DNA from: Candidatus Omnitrophota bacterium
GTDB taxonomy: Bacteria > Omnitrophota > Gorgyraeia > Tantalellales > Tantalellaceae
Assembly: GCA_024277375.1 (NCBI GenBank)
Contig: JAJRVD010000027.1
Coordinates: 19,063 to 83,062, forward strand
Reading direction: 5' to 3'
DNA: 64,000 nucleotides
Each line of letters starts with the position of its first letter. Within the stretch, counting starts at the first letter, position 1. The position numbers and the translations under genes were made by a program. Positions 18,452-27,700 of the stretch are shown in pieces. Below the pieces are notes generated by a model, which searched no databases, had not been told where the DNA came from, and was given only the letters and a program-made list of their open reading frames with translations.

Positions 18452-18597
18452 TGGGGGCGCGGCATGCAGACTGTGTCGTAATTTGTTTCGCGGATGACCG
18501 CATACAACATATTGTAGGGGTTCGATTTATCGAACCCGATATAACGGGCTTGATGAATCAAGCCCCTACATTATGACACAGTCTGATGCCGTGCCCC
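18452..18597 (+). repeat. Family D structured repeat, copy 1. It is about 115 nt, with an outer stem cagactgtg/cacagtctg and two internal hairpins. It could be an ncRNA or a MITE.
   Basis: The core tgtgtcgtaat...gtaggggttcgatttatcgaacccgatataacgggcttgatgaatcaagcccctacattatgacacag is conserved in 4 copies. The outer stem pairs with a G-U wobble (tgtgtcgtaat / attatgacaca). The internal hairpins are ggttcgat..atcgaacc and gggcttga..tcaagccc. Confidence 0.7.
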
Positions 18598-18693
18598 TAC
18601 GGATGATTTTTTTTGCTCGGTTATTTCAAACATTTTAAAAGCATATGAGGTGCAGGCGATGAAACTGTCATTGAGAAGAGGAGCTAAGAGCAA

Positions 18694-18733
18694 GGGGGAC
18701 AGCCTCTTTTTGGCCAAAAAGAGGCTGTCCCCC
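18694..18733. repeat. Palindromic repeat family A copy (gggggacagcctctttttggccaaaaagaggctgtccccc)
   Basis: A perfect hairpin. It lies inside the first 35 codons of the six-frame ORF 18650, so the real start of the giant gene is probably downstream at 18755. Confidence 0.65.
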
Positions 18734-18754
18734 TTGCTACGTTGTTCGCTCGTG

Positions 18755-21700
18755 ATGACGGGGAAGGGTATTGCCTCGCTGGTCACTTTGATAGCTTTTG
18801 TATTAAATATTTTAGGCGCGGAAGTTATTAGTATAAAAGCATATGCCGCTATTTCCCCTGAAATAGCTTCTACCAATCCCGCTGAGTATAATTTTCTGAA
18901 TGTCGATTCTTTTACATTACCCAAATACCTTGGAACCATAAAAGATTTGTGGAAGTCTGCCTCCGGACGAGACACGGTTATTCATATCCAGGACGCTCAT
19001 TGTAACTATGCCGCGCAGGATACGATAGCTAAGATGATAGAACGTATCGATTCGGAGTACGATATAGACGTGATAAATCTTGAAGGCGGCGCGGAGGATT
19101 ATGACCTGTCTTTGTTTACCGATATTGAGGATAAGGGCGTAAGACAAAAAGTAGTCGACTATTTTATGAAGCTTGGCATGGTCTCCGGTGCCGAAAGCTT
19201 TGTTCTTAATAATCAGGATAAAGCAAAGTTATGGGGCGTCGAAGACGTGGATCTTTATTTTGACAACCTTAGCGCCTACCGGAATTCGCTGGAGTACAAG
19301 GAAGAAGTTGACGGGTATCTTAAAATGCTCAGCCGTTTGCTGAATGAACTTAAAATAAACGTTTATTCGAACGAACTTTTGGAGTTTGATCTTAAATATT
19401 CCGCTTACAAGGCGGGTAATCTGGCTTTCAGAGATTATGTGATCTATATTCGTGATAAGGCCGCGAAATGTGCTATCGACATGGAGGAGTTTGAGAATAT
19501 TGCGTTATTGTCTGAGTCTCTTGAACTTGAGGGCAAAATTGATTTCAAAAAGGCCAATCGCGAGAGGGATATGCTCATAGAAGAGCTCCGGCGCATGGTC
19601 TCGAAAAACGAGCTTGAAAACCTGGTGCTCAAGACCTTACAGTTCAAGAAAAAGATAATTTCCCGGAAAGACTATTATACGTATCTTTTTGAAAAAGCGC
19701 GGCTTGTGAACATCGGCTTGGATGGGTTCGGCGAACTCAGGAAATACACTGACTATATCTCAAAGTATCAGACCGTTGATAGATCAAAGATATTAGAAGA
19801 AATGTCTATTATTGAGGATGCGATCAAGGATGTTCTATGCGTAAAAGATAAAGATCGTACGCTTGTCAGGTTGTCCAAGAATTTCGCGCTCCTAAAGAAC
19901 ATATTCAACGTCTCGCTCACAAAAGACGACTATGTGTATTACAAAACCAACGAACCCGCGTTCGCGGTGAAAAACTATATTTCATTCATTAAGGCTAACG
20001 ACTCATCATTGCGTGGAGCTGTGCCTTTCTCGCCGTTGCGAGGAGCCGACCTATCCTCTGTCATTGCGAGCCCGCCGAAGGCGGGAGAAGCAATCTCTGA
20101 AAACATCTATAATCTCGACCGCCACCGCGAACAAATATCCCGTTTTTACGAAGATGGCATCAAGCGTGACGATGCATTCTTGCGCAACCTCAGGTTTCAA
20201 CGTAAGCAGGGAGTAGGAAGCAGGGAGCAGGGTGTCGTAGGAGAGGCCTCTAGCCGTGAACAAAAAACGACAATTTTAGTTACCGGCGGATTTCACACCA
20301 AAAATTTATGCGAGCTGTTTAAAGAGAAAGGTATCTCCTACGTTTCTATCATGCCTAACTTCCGGAATGAGAATGGTTATGAAAGCCCGTATTTTAACCT
20401 TCTCGCTGGTAAGAAAAATGATGTAGCCGCGGCGCTTACAAGTGATATATCTTCGTTGGCGTTATATTCTGATTTATTGCAGAACGGTCTAAACAATGGA
20501 GATTTTACCTCGAATGTTAAAGCGGTTAGAAGGTTGTGGGTAAGTCTGGTTGCCGCTCAGATCAGGAAAAACGGGAGAAATGTCATATTCGGAGATATTA
20601 ATGGTCGTTATAGACGCTATTCATTCAACTCCGAAGATGGTGATCCTGTAGCGGGACTTACAATAAACGGAAAACAGGTATACGCAAGGAATTTTGGTGG
20701 GGAAAGATCCCTTCAGGCTGAAGCGAAGGCATTATATGAGGAAATTTCCAGAGATATTGTATCCTTTGCCGCGGAAAGAGAGGAGATAAAGTCCGCGGTT
20801 GTCAGGTTAAGAGAGATCTTTAGTACTTTTCCCGACGTTGTTATCTCTGAAGTGAGAAATTTCTGGGAAAATGAAAAAGAAAGCACCGGAAATGTTTTCA
20901 GAGCTGTCGAGTTCTTTGATCTGATGCCCGAGATAATGCTTAATGCGAAAGTAGAGCGGTTGAAAGAAGCGGCGTTGAGTTTTGTCGACCGTCAACTGGA
21001 ACATATTTTTGACAGAGAAAACGCGGTGGCCATATATAACGAGATAATATCTACCGACGAAGGTATTCCTCAAGACCTGCTCAAATACGCTTTGTACTAC
21101 AGGAATCTAAAGGAGGGTAAAACTCTTACGGATGAGCAGTTGGCCCTGCATGGCCTCAGCAGCAAAGAGGACTTCCCATATTCCCTCGAGGTCGATCGTG
21201 TCTTAAAACACAAGGATGATAGTAATCCTAAAAAACTTTTGCTTATTTATAATGCTGAACATACCAGTATGGTAGGGATGGGAGACCAGATATCAAATGT
21301 GGTTCCCCTGGTTCAGGCACTTAAGGATAAATATCCCAAGTTGGACATAACCATATATACGGATAAACCCTTTGTGTATGAGGCTCATGACAATGTCCGT
21401 GTATTTAGCATGTCTTCTCCCGGAATAAATGCCGAAGAGGTTTTTGATATGGCGATCGATTATTCGGACAGTAAGAGTCGAGAGGAATATCCGGATAAAT
21501 ATTTAGTTCAAGAAGCGCAGATCTCTATTGTAGGGGATTTCAATAATTTAACAGTTAAGGCTAAGGGGTTACCGCCTTTGGGCATAAAAGTTCGTAATCG
21601 AAGTAATGCATATTCATTAAGCTTACGGTTATGTGCCGAATTGAGACTTCCTGTCAGGATAGGAACAGAACAACCTCAGACAAGTTCGATAGTTCTTGGC

Positions 21701-24700
21701 CCGGGTAGTGAGGAAGCCGATATGTGGTGGGAGGAAAATGTAGTATTGAAAAACACAGAAAAGAGAAAAGTCGTATTTTTGAATCCGTATGGAGGGGAAT
21801 GGAAGGAAAAGGGATACATTTATAACGATAGGCTAGTCAAGGATATAGAAGCCCTTCTTGAAGACGGAAACTATATTGTTATATCTCCAAATGACACTCG
21901 TTGGGGTACTCGTGAAAAAATCGAAGAAATGCTGAAACTATTAGATGCAGCAAAACAAAAATACATTACTATTTCAAAGGGTCCGTCAGAGGCTGGAAAT
22001 TTAATAAAACATTGGTTATATAGGGCTGATCATATTGTCACGGTTGAGGGTGGTACCGCGCATTTGGCCTACAATTTGGGTAAAACATTTACGCTTGTCT
22101 GGAAAAGAGGCGCGGGATTACTACATGATATCCCGCCTATGTGCGATCTTGGTCAGGAGTTAATCCCGATAGGAGGTAAACCGCAGGATATAGTGGATGC
22201 TGTTAAAAGAGCTTTTGAGAGTGACGATGAAGGCTCAAAAGTTACTAGTATCGGAACCGGAATTTTGCGAAAAACAAAAACAGTACTATCCGGTCTTTTG
22301 GTCTTTCTTGCCGGATCTTCAGCTTTGCAAATACTTTTGGCGGGCGATCTCTTCGCGGCGACGCCGGATGCGATTATGCAGGCTACTGCGACGCCGTGGG
22401 GCTGGATTGCAGTAGTGGTGGTTGCGGGTTTTATTGTGTATAGGTATTTTGCGATGTCTGCAGAAAGAATGGGTACAAAAGTTATTCCATTGGGAATAGC
22501 AGGTTTGATCTTTATGGGGGTTCAATGTAGCTATGCAGCCGCGTTGTCTCCACGTGAGGGTAAAACAAAAATATTAGTTTCATCTGCTGAGTTTCAGGAA
22601 AAACAGCAGCAGATCCGAGAAATGATAAAAGGGCTTGCGGATAGCGAAGAACATCTTTCAGGGAAAGAAAGGGAGTTGCTTGAAGGAATATTAAGTCTTA
22701 TCGAGGATGGAGATATCAAGATTAAATATGATCCTGAAAGGAATTATGCGTATGCCGATAAAGAGAATAAAGAAGTCGGGTTGCCTGAGAGTAGCTTCAT
22801 GGACAGGTATCGATTGGCGAGTGCCATAATTCATGAATTATTACATCAGCTATGCGCGAAACGTAATATCGATTTTTCAGATAAGATTAAAACGAGTGGG
22901 TTTAATGATTCAAATGATTATTGGCAATGGCTTGATCCCGGGGAGGAAGGATGGGTGCTCCGAAATACCATGATGATCATGAATCAAATCCCGATGGAAG
23001 CATTAGGCCTGAAACTGCTACTTGCGGAAGTCCCAAATCAAGAATCTTTCAATACTCAGATATTGACATATGATAACGAACCCATTACGAATGTTGACAG
23101 AATTATAGAATTGGCAAAAGATCCGGAAATGGTTATGGAAAAAAGAAGATTTCTGGTGAAGTTGTTACCTCTCATAAGCCTTAATATCGCGGAAAAAGTC
23201 GGAAACACCGGGATCATAAGGCCAGTTGACGCGGAAACCTCAAAAGAGGCAGAAGAGGCTTTGCTGGCTTTGAAAAAGTATTATGAGAGCGAACAAAATA
23301 TATTAGCAACGAAACATAAAATCCTGAAAAACAATAAGAAGAGACCCAAGCTGGTTAATGGGGCGGTCCGTCTGTCCTGGAAAGATCCCTCCAAGCTAAC
23401 ATCAGAAGATAAAGATCTCGTTGAATGGTGGTCAAATGTTAAATTGCTGGAAACGATAGAGCTATCAAGAAGGATGCTTAACGAGAGCAAGGTAAGTGTA
23501 GATAAAAAGTTAGATGAGTTTACTGTCCTAATAGTGGATGGGATCAAGCGTGAAATGAAGGTATCTGATTTGAGAATAGGGATGGCACGTATGTTGTATG
23601 GGAGTGAAGAAAAACTCGTAAAAGATGTCTTGAGGGAGTTGAAGCCTTGGGAAATCGACCTGATCGTGTATTACCAAAAAGAGATAAGGATCAAGCTAAA
23701 ACAGACTATTTCATATTATGAGGGAAGAGAGTTTGAGTTTAATAAGAACAACTTAACGGGAGCAATTAGCACGATAATGATGTCGCTTTTGCGGGATGTC
23801 TCAAAAACCGAGTATAACAGCATTTATGATCATAATAATCGTGGCCTTAAATGGGATGACCCGGGACGGTGGCATGGGCTCACGTTTGATGATAGATGGT
23901 ATGAGATCGGCAACCTGAATGGTTTATCATATAATTACTATAACGAACATCGTAAAAATGAAACAGAGGAAGAAAAGTACAAAGCTGATAATCCAAACAG
24001 GCCGAAAAATTTCGTTAACAATAACGCGACAAAAGGGTTTCGCGTGGATATGAGGGAGACATATTTATTCATGCGCTTCTATCCTGAAGAACTAGCTAAG
24101 ATCGTTAAGAAGGACAGAGGTGTAGCCGCAAAAGTAGAATTATTGGAAGAATATATGGGCAAATTGAAGCGGAATGTTAATAAAACAGCAAAATGGAGAG
24201 GAGACAGACAAAAAAAGAAAGAGAGTGAAAAGACATCAGACGGTATCAATACACTTAAAGGAATAATGGCTTTCGCGATAGCCCTGCCGCTTGTGCAGAT
24301 GCTTTTGGCGGGCGATCTCTTCGCGGCGACACCGGGGGTGCTTGTGCCCTCGATATTTAACTCGTTTAATGTTATAGGGTTCTTGTTAACGGTGGTGTGC
24401 TTAGGTTTAGCCGGGCTTATTCTTTATTATGATACCAATGATGCGGACGAATGGGATGATATCCCAGAGAGTGAGTCGATAAGGGCCTGGCAGGTTCTCT
24501 TAGGAGGGCGTGAGTGGGAAAAGATGGGGAAAGAATTCACTGACCGCTTAGCGATCTTGACCCCACAGGAGAGTGAGAACCGAACACTTCTTTTTGAGTT
24601 TTTGGAGAGATTCGGAAGAAAAGATTTACTCGCCCATATCAAGAGAAAACCGGATGAATTTTTGCCTGTTCTTGAGCATTTGAGGGGTAGTGAATTCATT

Positions 24701-27700
24701 TCAGGATACTTTGGAGAATTACTATATAGGGTAGACCGGTCGGGGGAGAAAGAACAGGAATTGCTGGATCTTGACTTGAAGACAGAACCATTGAAGGTAT
24801 GGGAATTGATAGATATTCTCATTGAAGTTGATTCATTTCAGCAAGATCTATACGAGTTCCTGACAAAAGATACCGCATATTCGGCAATACCCGGACAACA
24901 GTATTTGCCGCTTAATGTGAATGTCGTAAATGTTGTAGGGCAGATGGTTGAAGAAACGAGAAGTGCAAATCGGGTGAATATAAGGGGCAATCTTATCGCG
25001 ATAAGCGGGCAATTCCCCGGATATTATGCCGCTATTTGCGATTCTATTCTGAGGAATCCTGCCAGGATTCTAGAATTTGACATTGCCCCGGAAGTTGTAG
25101 AAAGAAATCTAAAATTTCTTCAACCTGAAAATTCCAAAGATCATATAACCTCTTTTGAGGGGTTTGTGGCGTTTCTGAAGAGGGAAAGTAAAGTTACCGA
25201 TAATATGGGGAAATCACCCATTGGTAAAGGTGTTCTGGATATATCGAAACGTGTTTTTAAATTCTTCGGCAAGGAAATAACTCCGGTTGTTGAAAATACA
25301 TGGATCCCGGTATTTGAAGAACTTGTGATGTTTTTGGTTTTGGCGGGCGGATATTTGGGCGGGTTATTCGTTCTTTCCGCACTGCCGTATATCCTCACCA
25401 GAATTATATTTACCGCATGGCACCTGAAAAACGAAAGTGGCACCTGGTTGCAGAAAATGCTTGTGCCGGGCATCGCGTCTGTGTTTGCGCTTATACCGGT
25501 GATGGCGGTTTTGGTATTGCCGGCGGTGTCCGCAGAGTTAATGTTAGCGGCGGCATTGGCTTTGGGAACCGGAACACATGTGCTAGGAAACCGGAGAGTA
25601 CACAAAAAGCGGATGGATGCATTTAAGCGTATCTTCGAAGAGAAAAAAGAAACTCTCGTTAAACAGGTAAGTGATGAAGAATTATTGGATGAATTTATCG
25701 GATATCTAGATGTGAATGTCAAAGAACTATTCGGGATCGGATTGCTTCTTGAGATAAGAGAGTTCTCTAAGTCTATACCTTTATCCAGAGATGAACAAAC
25801 TCGTCGCGGAAGACAAAGGGCGATTCTTTTAATGGCCGGGTTGAATGTCAGCGAAACGGAGTTGTACAAAGAAAATCAAAGAAAGATCGAGGAAGAACGC
25901 GTAATAGCGGAAGATCTAAATGGTATGGAAAATATTCATGATCTGATAGAGGGAAAGTTTGTTACGGTAAAACAGCTGAAAAGGGCCATAGAACTGTCCG
26001 CTGGGAACATAACCTCAGCGCTTGAAACATTAAATAAACTGAAAGACGTTATTAAAAAACACGGTATCGATGAGCTGTTTGAATTAGCCGATTTGGAGCG
26101 CGTATCCAATAATGTTCCGTGGAATTGTTTTGAATGGGTTGATTATGATTCCGCGCGAGATTTATTGGATCAATACGGCATCAAGCCATTTCTCAAAATG
26201 AGACGTTTGGGAGTAGGAGAATATTCATATCGTTCCATAGATTCTTATTCTCTGACGCTTCGGGGCATATTTAATTTGGTTAGGGACATGAGAGATGGGG
26301 ATATCAGTGAGAGATATGGGATAAGTGTTACCGGTTCTAATGTCGAGAAAATAACCATCAACATCATCAAAGAAAAGATATCGCTAAAAGGGCCGTCCAG
26401 TTTGCCTGTTAACATGTTCCCGGAAGATGAGATCGAATTTTTAGAAAAAAGTCATGAGGATACATACCGGCGTGAGAGCGAAAAAAACATGGATCGTTAT
26501 CTGAACAGGGAAAAACATAAAAAAGCGATATTGTCGTATATGCTGCTTTGCGAACGTTACGGCCCGGATAACATTAGGCGTCTTGTGCGGGATAACGTGC
26601 TGGAGAAGTGGAGCGAAAAAGTAGAGTCAATTAAAGACCAGTTGAGAGATCTAAAATCCGTGATCGACTTGCCGAGTGTCGGGATAGAACCGTTTGTTGA
26701 GTTTTCCGGAGGGAATGAAGACGGGCTTTGGCCGCTGACATTTATTGAAAAAGAAAAATGGGCACAATTTCTTACGTCGATACTAATTCAAAGAGGAGAT
26801 GTCACCGCGAAAAATAAAAGGCTCAGCGATCTTTATATCAACAATATGCTCGCTTCGGTAGGGAACAATATTGTTCCGAATGTGTCTATGATCAATGTTA
26901 TCGCGGAACTCCTTACACATAACGCGCAAAGCGGGGTACATCCCGTAGAGAGTTTTTTGCTTTCCGCGCTTGGTGAAGCGGGATTAAACAAGGGTTCAAT
27001 AGAAAAAATCTTAGAATATCTGGCGAAGAACAAAAAAAGTGAGATAAAAAGGTCGCAAATTATACGGGCCTTAGCCGGTATATATTGGGGATTTAAGTAT
27101 GAACGCTTTTCGGCGGGAACAATAGATACGCGAATGATAAACGCTATTATCGAGACGGAAGACACTCGCCGATTAAGCGCGGCGCTGAATTTTATCCCCG
27201 CGTTAATTGATCTTCTCGAGTCGGGAATACTTGCCAAAGAAGAGATCGAAACCGGGACAAGATCGGGAAATATAGTTGACAAAATCGGAGGGTTATTGAA
27301 AAGTAAGATTGAAGAAACATTTAGTATAAAGATCAGTGATACCGATTTGGAGGTACAGGCGGCTCTTTCCGACACGTATTTTCTGGCGGATTTATTCAGT
27401 TTTCGAAGAAAGTATAAGGAAGAAGACGAAAACGCCTATAAGATATTCCTGGGATTGGTCAAAGCGTATTTTGAGAACGGCAGTAAAGGTGTGAGAGAAT
27501 ATAAAAACTCAAATGAGCTTGTCAATGTACAAATCCCTGAAAGGATAAAGGAGAAAGGATTTGAACAACTTTCGCGCCTCAGGACGTTCGCGCGGTCGGG
27601 GGAAGGTGAAGAGATGAGTGTATTTGACCGACTATTTAAAACAACATTAAGAAATTATGATGAGCATTCTAAGGAAATGAAATTTGATCCCGGTTCGATC

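Noticed and set aside
18650-18754. Upstream ATG start (18650) for the giant ORF as given in the six-frame track
   Set aside because: The first 35 codons translate a family-A palindromic repeat and the hairpin preceding it (…GDSLFLAKKRLSP is simply the palindrome read in frame). The first ATG after the repeat (18755) is the more plausible start. A GTG at 18752 cannot be excluded.
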